From Macrostomum hystrix (Eukaryota; Animalia; Platyhelminthes), in NCBI GenBank assembly GCA_950097015.1, contig CATNEN010000024.1:5828001-5892000 (forward strand): a stretch of 64,000 nucleotides of DNA, read 5' to 3'. Positions within the stretch are counted from its first letter, which is position 1. The number at the start of each line of letters is the position of its first letter. Below, one piece after another: positions 46,301 through 59,980 of this stretch. The notes beneath the pieces were generated by a model. That model was not told the DNA's origin. It searched no databases and saw nothing but the letters and a program-made list of their open reading frames with translations. A program made the translations under genes and the position numbers.

Positions 46301-48451
46301 GAATCCGAGTAAAAAAAGCCCACTGTCACCAAATGAGCCTTGAACTCTGTCACTTGGCAAACTCCCAGGGTGTGCTCAGATCTGCGGGTCACGAGCTGCC
46401 GGTGGCTGTCAAAGTTCTTCGCGGCCGCAGCCCAAAACTCGGCCAGGAGCTGCTGAAAGAGGCCGGCGTTCTTGCCAGGGTGCGGCACCGCTGCTGCATC
46501 CGACTGGTGGCGCTGTGCCTCACCCAGGTGAGGCCATTGTGACAATCGGTTTATTTTATTACTTGATTTGCATTGCTCTGATCTGTTGAATATACCGACA
46601 TGCACATTCTATTTATCACTTCTTCCATTGCTTTCCTAATTCTTCTTGTCAACCATGTCTACTTTGTCTACCATGTCTACCTCGTCTCCCTTGTCTACCT
46701 TGTCTACCTTGTCTACTTTGTCTACCATATCTTCCCTATCTACCTTGTCTACCTTGTCTACCTTGTCTACGACGCCTACCTTGCCTACCCTGTCTCCCTT
46801 GTCTACCTTGTCTACCTTGTATCACATGTCTACCTTGTCTACCATGTCTACCATGTCTACCCTATCTACCTTGTCTACCCTATCTACCTTGTCTACCTTG
46901 TTCTACCCTGTATATCTTCGCCCGAAATCCGCAGGAGCCGCAGCTCATCACGGTGCTGATGCCGCGCGGATGCCTTCTAGATTTTGTGCGCACCAGACGG
47001 CGCCGAATCGGCGCGGATCGAATGCTGCGCTGGTCGCTGCAGGTGGCTGAGGGCATGGCCTACCTGCAGTCCGAAGGCATTGTGCATCGCGATTTGGCTG
47101 CGCGCAATGTCCTACTTCAGACTCCCGATCAGGTGAGGTCAACGTCGGCTTTCCTGCTGAGGTAATTTTATAGAATCTTTAAAGAAATGTGCCAGCCACA
47201 GATCAGGTCCTTGTTCCAGCCTCAGATCATGTCCTTGTTCCAGCCACAGATCAGGTCCTTGTTCCAGCCTCAGATCAGGTCCTTGTTCCAGCCTCAATTC
47301 AGGTCCTTGTTCCAGCCACAGATCAGGTCCATGTTCCAGCCACAGATCAGGTCCTTGTTCCAGCCACAGATCAGGTCCATGTTCCAGCCACAGATCAGGT
47401 CCTTGTTCCAGCCACAGATCAGGACTTTGTTCTAGCCTCAGATCATGTCCTTGTAACAGCCTCAGATCAGGTCCTTGTTCCAGCCACAGATCAGGTCCTT
47501 GTTCCAGCCACAGATCAGGTCCTTGTTCCAGCCACAGATCAGGTCTTTGTTCTAGCCTCAGATCAGGTCCTTGTTCCAGCCTCAGATTGCATCACCCCGC
47601 CATCCCAGGTGCGCATCACGGACTTTGGCCTCGCACGCCTGTTGAACATCAGCGAGCGCGACTTCGCTAGCTCCGGCGGCCTCCTGCCGGTGAAATGGCT
47701 GGGCATCGAGTGCATCGAGTCGGGAATTTTCAGCCACCAGTCGGACGTCTGGAGCTTCGGTGTCTTGGTGTGGGAGATCTGCACATTCGGCGAGTCGCCC
47801 TACTGTCAGTATGGCATTCGCCACGTTGACGACATGCTGAGCCTGCTGAACAAGGGCATCCGACTGGGTCAGCCAGATGTCTGCAGCGTCGACTTCTACA
47901 ACACGTTGCTGACCTGCTGGCTGCCCTATCCGGAGTCGCGTCCGACCTTCGTTGAGCTGATCGACATTCTGGGCGACTGCCTGAAGACGCCCGAAAGGTA
48001 CATCGCCTACAGCGGCAACCTAGCAGCCGGTGGCATCGCGGCGACACTCAGAGGCGGAACCATCGGCGATGCCGTTGCTGACCACCAGAGCGCCAACGAT
48101 GACAGTCGGGTGGACGGCGATGAAACCGAGTCAACGATAGCCGCTGGCGTTGGCACGGCTGCCGCCGATGCCGCCGCCGCTGTTGAAGCAGCCGCGCCTG
48201 CGGCAGCCGAGATGTCCAACTCCTACATCGCGGATCCCATCAGCCTGGTTAGCCAGCAGGAGAAGCTAGCTCAGCTGCCACTGGCGACCGATGGCCGATG
48301 GAACAATTACAACGACGAGGACGACGGCTATATGGTACCCTGCCTCGGCCAGCAGTTGCAGCCGTTGACGCAGCAGCAGCAGCAGCCGACTTCCGACTGC
48401 GAAAGTGACCACGAGCCCAGTAGTGTCCTGCTGCCCGGCAGACGAAAATGA
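43372..48451 (+). CDS. EGFR-like: EGFR/ErbB-family receptor tyrosine kinase
   Basis: Exons 43372-44906, 45337-45934, 46369-46527, 46935-47132 and 47609-48451, with matching phases (2,0,0,0). Signal peptide, L1 (CQYIHGDLTI...IQEISGRLLI...LANLRAIRG), furin-like Cys repeats, L2, second Cys region, TM, GSGAFGTVYK, VAVK, HRDLAARN, ITDFG, LPVKW, SDVWSFGV. Confidence 0.95.
44905..45075. repeat. 19 bp repeat (GTCGAATGACAGGTGACAG) duplicating the EGFR exon 1/intron 1 junction
   Basis: The junction reads GTTGAATGACAG|GTGACAG; the array starts at the donor. Confidence 0.9.
46003..46310 (+). mobile_element. tRNA-derived SINE-like sequence in EGFR intron 2, with A and B boxes separated by extra sequence
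   Basis: A box TGGCAGAGCGG (46011-46021), B box GGTTCGAATCC (46296-46306), direct repeat GCACCAAA at 46040 and 46281. Confidence 0.6.
46646..46910. repeat. 9 bp repeat (TTGTCTACC)n in EGFR intron 3, ending just before the acceptor
   Basis: Direct periodicity. Confidence 0.9.
47190..47585. repeat. 24 bp repeat (CAGATCAGGTCCTTGTTCCAGCCA), about 16 copies, filling EGFR intron 4
   Basis: Direct periodicity; open in frame with exon 5 (VPATDQVL repeats). Confidence 0.94.
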
Positions 48452-49669
48452 CAGCCGATGCGGCACGAAACGAACATCCGTGGTCTCTAGATCTTCAATT
48501 TTTACGAGTAGATTTAGAATCGAGTCTCGAATATTGCACCTTATGCTGTTTTGTTATCATTTCGCATTGATAATTAACTAAGGAAGATTGTTAATTTTTC
48601 TTCTTGAAACCAACAATTTTTTGCTATTCGCGTTGTTTGACAGCATTGAATGGATTGTATAAAAAATGTTATGTCAAATTATTTACACTTCTTGCTCTGC
48701 GCACATTATGTCAGCTGTCAACTGTCACTCAACTCTACTCATCCCATGCGCATCCAGTCAGCCTCATTGTACACCTACATCCGCAGCGCGATCTCAATAG
48801 GTTCGCGTCCTGTATGTACACTCGCCCAGACCGCCATTTGATGAACATTCGCTAGCCAACCCAGCCTCCCTTCAAGTACACTCGCTCAGCCAATCCCAGC
48901 CCGCCTTGATGTACACTCACTCATCCAATCACTGTCCGCTCCCTTGATGAACACTTGCATAAAGCAATATTTTAAGAAGAACAGTTATCCATGACCCAAT
49001 ATAAGGAATGCCATTCGCTCAGTAAAATTATTTTTTTCCAGGCTTAATGTAATAAAACTGAATGCTTTTTGTTCCAGAATATAGCCAGATTCTACGCTCG
49101 TAAATAAAAGACGCATGCTAACTTTTCAGTAATAATTTTACGCTCGATTCTTTTATTTTTTAATCTCAACTTTCAATTAGTTCGAATGGCTTTCCAAGAA
49201 AATGCGCTTCTCAGCTTTCTCCAGTAAAACAAAGTCTTATTTTTAACCGAACGGGTTTTAATTATTATTGCTATTCTATTGTCAGCTAACTGGATTCCAA
49301 ACAGTCGATTTGCCATATAGTACTACGAGAAATATCATTTAACCTCTTTGTGTGCCTCGAGTTACCTGTTACGGCTTCATGCAAAATCTAATAAATTTTG
49401 ATGTTTCCCAGCCAGGCATTAAATGAAGACTGGTCAGCTTGCTTTCCTGCCGGCCTCCTGACAGTGTAATTAGCTGTGAATTATTTACCGTGTATTATTT
49501 ACTAGAATACATATGAGGGTGGCACTGTTTATGCTCATAGCAGCTGCCCCAATTTACTTTCCTAACCCTATCTACTCAACTTCCGTTTTATCTTTGTCCA
49601 TCGTTTCTGCCCAACTAGCCTTGCGCCACACCGTCCCTTCTCCCCATCTTCACCTTGTGTTACACCGTA

Positions 49670-50680
49670 AACTCACTCCCTTCACACACACCTTGTGTCA
49701 CACCTTCCCTTCACTCCCTTCACACACACCTTGTGTCACACCTTCCCTTCACTCCCTTCACACACACCTTGTGTCACACCTTCCCTTCACTCCCTTCACA
49801 CACACCTTCCCTTCACTCCCTTCACACACCTTGTGTCACACCTTCCCTTCACTCCCTTCACACACCTTGTGTCACACCTTCCCTTCACTCCCTTCACACA
49901 CACCTTGTGTCACACCTTCCCTTCACTCCCTTCACACACCTTGTGTCACACCTTCCCTTCACTCCCTTCACACACACCTTGTGTCACACCTTCCCTTCAC
50001 TCCCTTCACACACACCTTGTGTCACACCTTCCCTTCACTCCCTTCACACACACCTTGTGTCACACCTTCCCTTCACTCCCTTCACACACACCTTCCCTTC
50101 ACTCCCTTCACACACCTTGTGTCACACCTTCCCTTCACTCCCTTCACACACCTTGTGTCACACCTTCCCTTCACTCCCTTCACACACCTTGTGTCACACC
50201 TTCCCTTCACTCCCTTCACACACCTTGTGTCACACCTTCCCTTCACTCCCTTCACACACACCTTGTGTCACACCTTCCCTTCACTCCCTTCACACACACC
50301 TTGTGTCACACCTTCCCTTCACTCCCTTCACACACACCTTCCCTTCACTCCCTTCACACACCTTGTGTCACACCTTCCCTTCACTCCCTTCACACACCTT
50401 GTGTCACACCTTCCCTTCACTCCCTTCACACACCTTGTGTCACACCTTCCCTTCACTCCCTTCACACACCTTGTGTCACACCTTCCCTTCACTCCCTTCA
50501 CACACCTTGTGTCACACCTTCCCTTCACTCCCTTCACACACACCTTGTGTCACACCTTCCCTTCACTCCCTTCACACACCTTGTGTCACACCTTCCCTTC
50601 ACTCCCTTCACACACCTTGTGTCACACCTTCCCTTCACTCCCTTCACACACCTTGTGTCACACCTTCCCTTCACTCCCTA
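49670..50680. repeat. About 34-36 bp C/A/T-rich minisatellite (CACACCTTGTGTCACACCTTCCCTTCACTCCCTTCA)
   Basis: Direct periodicity; explains several overlapping pseudo-ORFs. Confidence 0.95.
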
Positions 50681-50924
50681 GCCTAGCCTATCAGGATCAG
50701 TGAGATGAATAGCCATGGACTAAGCTTCTCTTGTTCAAGTGTAGTTTAGAATTTGCAGGAGTTTTTTGCCAGCTTTTAAGTTGCACTTTTAGATGTCCCA
50801 TCTTACTACTCGTACAATGACTTCAGTAGTGTGTTTCGACCAATTTCCATAAGAAGTATTTTCCATGATCTCGTACTCTCCAAAACTTCACCGGTTTGCA
50901 GATTCTGAAGATTTAGTTTTCTGA

Positions 50925-51412
50925 AGATTCAGTCTTCTGAAGATTCAGTCTCCTGAAGACTCAGTCTCCTGAAGATGCCGTCTCCTGAAGACTCAGTCTC
51001 CTGAAGATTCAGTCTCCTGAAGATTCAGTCTCCTGAAGATTCAGTCTCCTGAAGATTCAGTCTCCTGAAGACTCAGTCTCCTGAAGACTCAGTCTCCTGA
51101 AGATGCCGTCTCCTGAAGGTGCCGTCTCCTGAAGATGCCGTCTCCTGAAGATCCAGTCTCCTGAAGATGCCGTCTCCTGAAGATTCAGTCTCCTGAAGAT
51201 CCAGTCTCCTGAAGATGCCGTCTCCTGAAGATTCAGTCTCCTGAAGATCCAGTCTCCTGAAGATCCAGTCTCCTGAAGATGCCGTCTCCTGAAGATCCAG
51301 TCTCCTGAAGATCCAGTCTCCTGAAGATCCAGTCTCCTGAAGATGCCGTCTCCTGAAGATCCAGTCTCCTGAAGATGCCGTCTCCTGAAGATCCAGTCTC
51401 CTGAAGATTCAG
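50925..51412. repeat. 16 bp repeat (TCTCCTGAAGATTCAG), about 30 copies
   Basis: Direct periodicity. Confidence 0.95.
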
Positions 51413-51824
51413 AATATTTTGTGTGTTATTGGCAGGTGTGTCTGGTTTCATTGGCCCAGGCTGTCTGACAGCTGCTGGTGAGAAGCCAGCATCTGTACAG
51501 TTTCCCAATGAAATGTTTTTCGTATCGGAAGCTATCAGGCACAGTTTTTATCCCGAGAGGTTCCATGTAGGTCTGCAATTGCAGCAGATCCTAAATTGTC
51601 TGTCATTCAGGGTTTTGCAAAAAGTGTTAATAAAATAAGAGAACTTAGCATTGTTCCAGCTTTCTGCGAGACTTCTCGCTGATACAATTCGTCGTAGTTT
51701 TTGTCGCTCTTTGTAAAGAAATACTGACTGAATGAGTACTTAGCAAGAAATACGACACTCAACCTGTGATTCGCATTGAATGAGTGAATGCAATATTGGG
51801 GGTAGCACTCTCTGGGGGGTGAAT

Positions 51825-54800
51825 GGCATCTTGAGAATGGCACTCTCTAGAGGTGAATGACACATTGAGAATGGCACTCTCTAGAGGTGAATGACACATT
51901 GAGAATGGCACTCTCTAGAGGTGAATGACACATTGACAATGGCACTCTCTAGAGGTGAATGACACATTGAGAATGGCACTCTCTAGAGGTGAATGACACA
52001 TTGAGAATGGCACTCTCTAGAGGTGAATGACACATTGAGAATGGCACTCTCTAGAGGTGAATGACACATTGAGAATGGCACTCTCTAGAGGTGAATGACA
52101 CATTGAGAATGGCACTCTCTAGAGGTGAATGACACATTGAGAATGGCACTCTCTAGAGGTGAATGGCACATTGAGAATGGCACTCTCTAGAGGTGAATGA
52201 CACATTGAGAATGGCACTCTCTAGAGGTGAATGACACATTGAGAATGGCACTCTCTAGGTGTGAATGGCACATTGAGAATGGCACTCTCTAGAGGTGAAT
52301 GACACATTGAGAATGGCACTCTCTAGAGGTGAATGACACATTGAGAATGGCACTCTCTAGAGGTGAATGACACATTGAGAATGGCACTCTCTAGAGGTGA
52401 ATGACACATTGAGAATGGCACTCTCTAGAGGTGAATGACACATTGAGAATGGCACTCTCTAGAGGTGAATGACACATTGAGAATGGCACTCTCTAGAGGT
52501 GAATGACACATTGAGAATGGCACTCTCTAGAGGTGAATGACACATTGAGAATGGCACTCTCTAGAGGTGAATGACACATTGAGAATGGCACTCTCTAGGG
52601 GTGAATATCACAATGAGAATGGCACTCTCTAGAGGTGAATGACACATTGAGAATGGCACTCTCTAGAGGTGAATGACATTGAGAATGGCACTCTCTAGAG
52701 GTGAATGACACATTGAGAATGGCACTCTCTAGGGGTGAATGACACATTGAGAATGGCACTCTCTAGGGGTGAATGACACATTGAGAATGGCACTCTCTAG
52801 GGGTGAATGGCACATTGAGAATGGCACTCTCTAGGGGTGAATATCACAATGAGAATGGCACTCTCTAGAGGTGAATGACACATTGAGAATGGCACTCTCT
52901 AGAGGTGAATGACATTGAGAATGGCACTCTCTAGAGGTGAATGACACATTGAGAATGGCACTTTCTAGGGGTGAATGACACATTGAGAATGGCACTCTCT
53001 AGAGGTGAATGACACATTGAGAATGGCACTCTCTAGAGGTGAATGACACATTGAGAATGGCACTCTCTAGAGGTGAATGACACATTGAGAATGGCACTCT
53101 CTAGGGGTGAATATCACAATGAGAATGGCACTCTCTAGAGGTGAATGACACATTGAGAATGGCACTCTCTAGGGGTGAATGACACATTGAGAATGGCACT
53201 CTCTAGAGGTGAATGACACATTGAGAATGGCACTCTCTAGAGGTGAATGACACATTGAGAATGGCACTCTCTAGAGGTGAATGACACATTGAGAATGGCA
53301 CTCTCTAGAGGTGAATGACACATTAAGAATGGCACTCTCTAGAGGTGAATGACACATTGAGAATGGCACTCTCTAGAGGTGAATGACACATTGAGAATGG
53401 CACTCTCTAGAGGTGAATGACACATTGAGAATGGCACTCTCTAGAGGTGAATGACACATTGAGAATGGCACTCTCTAGGGGTGAATGACACATTGAGAAT
53501 GGCACTCTCTAGGGGTGAATGACACATTGAGAATGGCACTCTCTAGGGGTGAATGGCACATTGAGAATGGCACTCTCTAGGGGTGAATATCACAATGAGA
53601 ATGGCACTCTCTAGAGGTGAATGACACATTGAGAATGGCACTCTCTAGAGGTGAATGGCACATTGAGAATGGCACTCTCTAGAGGTAAATGACACATTGA
53701 GAATGGCACTCTCTAGAGGTGAATGACACATTGAGAATGGCACTCTCTAGAGGTGAATGACACATTGAGAATGGCACTCTCTAGAGGTGAATGACACATT
53801 GAGAATGGCACTCTCTAGAGGTGAATGACACATTGAGAATGGCACTCTCTAGAGGTGAATGACACATTGAGAATGGCACTCTCTAGAGGTGAATGGCACA
53901 TTGAGAATGGCACTCTCTAGAGGTGAATGACACATTGAGAATGGCACTTTCTAGGGGTGAATGACACATTGAGAATGGCACTCTCTAGGGGTGAATGACA
54001 CATTGAGAATGGCACTCTCTAGAGGTGAATGACACATTGAGAATGGCACTCTCTAGAGGTGAATGGCACATTGAGAATGGCACTCTCTAGGGGTGAATAT
54101 CACAATGAGAATGCCACTCTCTAGAGGTGAATGACACATTGAGAATGGCACTCTCTAGAGGTGAATGACACATTGAGAATGGCACTCTCTAGGGGTGAAT
54201 GACACATTGAGAATGGCACTCTCTAGAGGTGAATGACACATTGAGAATGGCACTCTCTAGAGGTGAATGACACATTGAGAATGGCACTCTCTAGAGGTGA
54301 ATGACACATTGAGAATGGCACTCTCTAGGGGTGAATGACACATTGAGAATGGCACTCTCTAGGGGTGAATGGCACATTGAGAATGGCACTCTCTAGAGGT
54401 GAATGACACATTGAGAATGGCACTCTCTAGAGGTGAATGACACATTGAGAATGGCACTCTCTAGGGGTGAATGGCACATTGAGAATGGCACTCTCTAGAG
54501 GTGAATGGCACATTGAGAATGGCACTCTCTAGAGGTGAATGACACATTGAGAATGGCACTCTCTAGAGGTGAATGGCACATTGAGAATGGCACTCTCTAG
54601 GGGTGAATGACACATTGAGAATGGCACTCTCTAGAGGTGAATGACACATTGAGAATGGCACTCTCTAGAGGTGAATGGCACATTGAGAATGGCACTCTCT
54701 AGAGGTGAATGACACATTGAGAATGGCACTCTCTAGAGGTGAATGGCACATTGAGAATGGCACTCTCTAGGGGTGAATGACACATTGAGAATGGCACTCT

Positions 54801-55095
54801 CTAGAGGTGAATGACACATTGAGAATGGCACTCTCTAGGGGTGAATGGCACATTGAGAATGGCACTCTCTAGAGGTGAATGACACATTGAGAATGGCACT
54901 CTCTAGGGGTGAATGACACATTGAGAATGGCACTCTCTAGGGGTGAATGGCACATTGAGAATGGCACTCTCTAGAGGTGAATGACACATTGAGAATGGCA
55001 CTCTCTAGGGGTGAATGGCACATTGAGAATGGCACTCTCTAGAGGTGAATGACACATTGAGAATGGCACTCTCTATGGGTGAATGGCATCTTTAA
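51825..55095. repeat. 34 bp satellite (GAGAATGGCACTCTCTAGAGGTGAATGACACATT), about 95 highly homogeneous copies
   Basis: Direct periodicity; palindromic CTCTAGAG core in most units. Confidence 0.97.
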
Positions 55096-55168
55096 AATAT
55101 CACTCTCTTGGGGTGAATCGTGAATCGATGCTTCCCACCAATGAGGAATTTTGTACCTTTGATCCCAG

Positions 55169-55363
55169 AAGATCCCAACACTGAAAACCTCGTTGGCCAA
55201 TGAGCTCCGGGTCCGTTTCCTACTCAGCCATGCAGCCTCCCTAGCCAAGGATCTGACAGGATTAAAAGCGAAGCTGCGAACACCTACCCGAGAGCTACTT
55301 GCTGTGACAACTTTTTTGGGGAAAAACGGAGTTAGCGGCGGTGAAGAGAAATCCGGATCGCAG
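55169..55363 (+). other. Candidate orphan internal exon (65 codons, phase 0-0) between two satellites
   Basis: tttgatcccag acceptor, open frame KIPTLKTSLANELRVRF...EKSGSQ, CAG|GTAAGC donor. No homology recognised. Confidence 0.3.
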
Positions 55364-55439
55364 GTAAGCGCTGTCACTGTGACTTAGAATTATTCCTTGC
55401 TACTGAAGAATGTGTTACTTGGCACATGTACTGCAATCC

Positions 55440-56825
55440 CCAATACCTGTCTAATCAATCCCCATAACCTGTCTAATCCATCACCAATGCCTGTCTAATC
55501 CATCACCAATATCTTTCTAATCCTTCACCAGTATCTGTCTAATGCATCACCAATACCTATCTAATCCATCACCAATACCTGTCTAATCCATCACCAATGC
55601 CTGTCTAATCCATCACCAATACCTGTCTAATCTATCACCAATGCCTGTCTAATCCATCACCAATACCTGTCTAATCCATCACCAATGCCTGTCTAATCCA
55701 TCACCAATACCTGTCTAATCCATCACCAATGCCTGTCTAATCCATCACCAATACCTGTCTAATCCATCACCAATGCCTGTCTAATCCATCACCAATACCT
55801 GTCTAATCCATCACCAGTATCTGTCTAATGCATCATCAATATCTGTCTAATCCATCACCAATACCTGTCTAATCCATCACCAATGCCTGTCTAATCCATC
55901 ACCAATACCTGTCTAATCCATCACCAGTATCTGTCTAATGCATCACCAATACCTGTCTAATCCATCACCAATACCTGTCTAATCCATCACCAATGCCTGT
56001 CTAATCCATCACCAATGCCTGTCTAATCCATCACCAGTATCTGTCTAATCCATCACCAATACCTGTCTAATCCATCACCAATGCCTGTCTAATCCATCAC
56101 CAGTATCTGTCTAATGCATCACCAATACCTGTCTAATCCATCACCAATAACTGTCTAATCTATCACCAATACCTGTCTAATCCATCACCAATGCCTGTCT
56201 AATCCATCACCAATGCCTGTCTAATCCATCACCAGTATCTGTCTAATCCATCACCAATACCTGTCTAATCCATCACCAATGCCTGTCTAATCCATCACCA
56301 GTATCTGTCTAGTGCATCACCAATACCTGTCTAATCCATCACCAATAACTGTCTAATCTATCACCAATACCTGTCTAATCCATCACCAATGCCTGTCTAA
56401 TCCATCACCAATGCCTATGTAATTCATCACCAATGCCTGTCTAATCCATCACCAATACCTGTCTAATCCATCACCAATACCTGTCTAATCCATCACCAAT
56501 ACCTGTCTAATCCATCACCAGTACCTGTCTAATCCATCATTAATGCCTGTCCAATCCATCACCAATACCTGTCTAATCCATCACCAATGCCTGTCTAATC
56601 CATCACCAATGCCTGTCTAATCCATCACCAATGCCTGTCTAATCCATCACCAATGCCTTTCTAATCCATCACTAATACCTGTCTAATCCATCATTAATGC
56701 CTGTCTAATCCATCACCAATGCCTGTCTAATCCATCACCAATACCTGTCCAATCCATCACCAATACCTGTCCAATCCATCACCAATACCTGTCCAATCCA
56801 TCCCCAATACCTGGCTAATCCATCC
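55440..56825. repeat. 22 bp minisatellite (AATACCTGTCTAATCCATCACC), about 62 copies
   Basis: Direct periodicity. Confidence 0.96.
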
Positions 56826-57304
56826 TATTTCTTAGCCGTAATTCCGCGAATCACAGTTAATACACCAATCAATAACTCGGGTTCTAGACTTGTCCACTCT
56901 GTCCTATTTGTTCTCATATTTCTGCTCATACGCCATCATCAGTTCAGGATTCCGGGAGACTGGGAAGCAGGAAGTTTGTCCCTAACTTGCAGAGAACAGA
57001 ACAGAGCAACAAGCAAAAGCTATTATCACATGGGCGTAGGCTGAGAGCTGCTACCGCGGAGACTGTTTGCTCACGCAATTCATCAGCCTGCTGTCAGCTT
57101 CGCCCCAGGGGGTCTAAAATTATTTTTCTTCGATTCAACTTGCGCAAATGCCGAGTTCCCTTGTCTGCTGTTGCTGGGGGCAGCTTGTGTGAGCAGCTGT
57201 GGATGAGCTGTCCGGGAGGAATTACCCCGCATCAATATTGGCTGCTGGGATTTTAGAACTGACCAAATCCTGCAACAGTTTCTCACCTGTCTACAACTTG
57301 GAGA

Positions 57305-59910
57305 CATCCCATGTCAACATCCCATCTTACAACACACACCCCATGTCATAACACACATCCCATCTCACACACACCCCATCTCACAGCACACATCCCATCT
57401 CACAACACACATCCCATCTCACAACACACATCCCATCTCACAACACACATCCTATCTCACAACACACACCCCATCTCACAACACACACCCCATCTCACAC
57501 ACACATCCCATCTCACAACACACATCCCATCTCACAACACACACCCCATCTCACACACACCCCATCTCACAACACACATCCCATCTCACAACACAAATCC
57601 CATCTCACAACACACACCCCATCTCACAACACACACCCCATCTCACAACACACATCCCATCTCACAACACACATCCCATCTCACAACACACATCCCATCT
57701 CACAACACACATCCCATCTCACAGCACACACCCCATCTCACAACACACATCCCATATCACAACACACATCCCATCTCACACACACCCCATCTCACAACAC
57801 ACATCCCATCTCACAACACAAATCCCATCTCACAACACACATCCCATCTCACAACACACATCCTATCTCACAACACACATCCCATCTCACAGCACACATC
57901 CCATCTCACAACACACACCCCATCTCACAACACACACCCCATCTCACAACACACATCCCATCTCACACAAACCCCATCTCACAACACACATCCCATCTCA
58001 CAACACACATCCCATCTCACAACACACCACATCTCACAGCACACACCCCATCTCACAACACACATCCCATCTCACAACACACACCCCATCTCACAACACA
58101 CATCCCATCTCACAACACACACCCCATCTCACAACACACACCCCATCTCACAACACACATCCCATCTCACAACACACATCCCATCTCACAACACACATCC
58201 CATCTCACAACACACACCCCATCTCACAACACAAATCCCATCTCACAACACACATCCCATCTCAAAACACACACCCCATCTCACAACACACACCCCATCT
58301 CACAACACACATCCCATCTCACAACACACATCCCATCTCACAACACACATCCCATCTCACAACACACACCCCATCTCACAACATACACCCCATCTCACAA
58401 CACACATCCCATCTCACACACACCCCATCTCACAACACACATCCCATCTCACAGCACACACCCCATCTCACAACACACATCCCATCTCACAACACACACC
58501 CCATCTCACAACACACATCCCATCTCACAACACACACCCCATCTCACAACACACATCCCATCTCACAACACACACCCCATCTCACAACACACACCCTATC
58601 TCACAACACACATCCCATCTCACAACACACATCCCATCTCACAACACACACCCCATCTCACAACACACATCCCATCTCACAACACACACCCCATCTCACA
58701 ACACACACCCCATGTCATAATACACACCCCATCTCACAACACACACCCCATCTCACAACACACATCCCATCTCATAGCACACATCCCATGTCATAATACA
58801 CACCCCATCTCACAGCACACATCCCATCTCAGAACACACACCCCATGTCATAATACACACCCCATCTCACAGCACACATCCCATCTCACAACACACATCC
58901 CATCTCACAACACACACCCCATCTCACAACACACACCCCATCTCACAACACACACCCCATGTCATAATACACACCCCATCTCACAGCACACACCCCATCT
59001 CACAACACACATCCCATCTCACACACACCCCATCTCACAACACACACCCCATCTCACAGCACACATCCCATCTCACAACACACACCCCATCTCACAACAC
59101 ACACCCCATCTCACAACACACACCCCATCTCACAACACACACCCCATGTCATAATACACACCGCATCTCACAGCACACATCCCATCTCACAACACACCCC
59201 ATCTCACAACACACATCCCATCTCACAACACACATCCCATCTCACAACACACACCCCATCTCACAACACACATCCCATCTCACAACACAAATCCCATCTC
59301 ACAACACACATCCCATCTCACAACACACACCCCATCTCACAACACACACCCCATCTCACAACACACATCCCATCTCACAACACACATCCCATCTCACAAC
59401 ACACACCCCATCTCACAACACACACCCCATCTCACAACACACACCCCATGTCATAATACACACCCCATCTCACAGCACACACCCCATCTCACAACACACA
59501 TCCCATCTCACAACACACATCCCATCTCACAACACAAATCCCATCTCACAACACACATCCCATCTCACAACACACACCCCATCTCACAACACACATCCCA
59601 TCTCACAACACACATCCCATCTCACAACACACATCCCATCTCACAACACACACCCCATCTCACAACACACATCACATCTCATAACACACACCCCATCTCA
59701 CAGCACACACCCCATCTCACAACACACATCCCATCTCACAACACACACCCCATCTCACAACACACATCCCATCTCACACACACCCCATCTCACAACACAC
59801 ACCCCATGTCATAATACACACCCCATCTCACAACACACATCCCATCTCACAACACACATCCCATCTCATAACACACATCCCATCTCACAACACAAATCCC
59901 ATCTCACAAA
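57305..59910. repeat. 19 bp minisatellite (CCCATCTCACAACACACAT), about 135 copies
   Basis: Direct periodicity; explains the 469-aa His/Thr pseudo-ORF. Confidence 0.96.
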
Positions 59911-59980
59911 ACGCATCAAGAGTTGGTCTTCAAGCAGTCCTGTTCGACCTCACGTCTCTGATACCGCGCGCCTTGAGAGC

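Noticed and set aside
46003-46310. Functional tRNA gene
   Set aside because: The A and B boxes are 285 nt apart and no convincing acceptor or anticodon stems form even after rejoining.
47189-47608. VPATDQVL repeats in front of the kinase DFG exon
   Set aside because: Intronic. Splicing 47132 to 47609 restores normal HRD-to-DFG spacing.
49513-59910. Long His/Thr/Pro-rich ORFs (396, 343, 328 and 469 aa)
   Set aside because: Artefacts of arrays whose unit sequence lacks stop codons on that strand.
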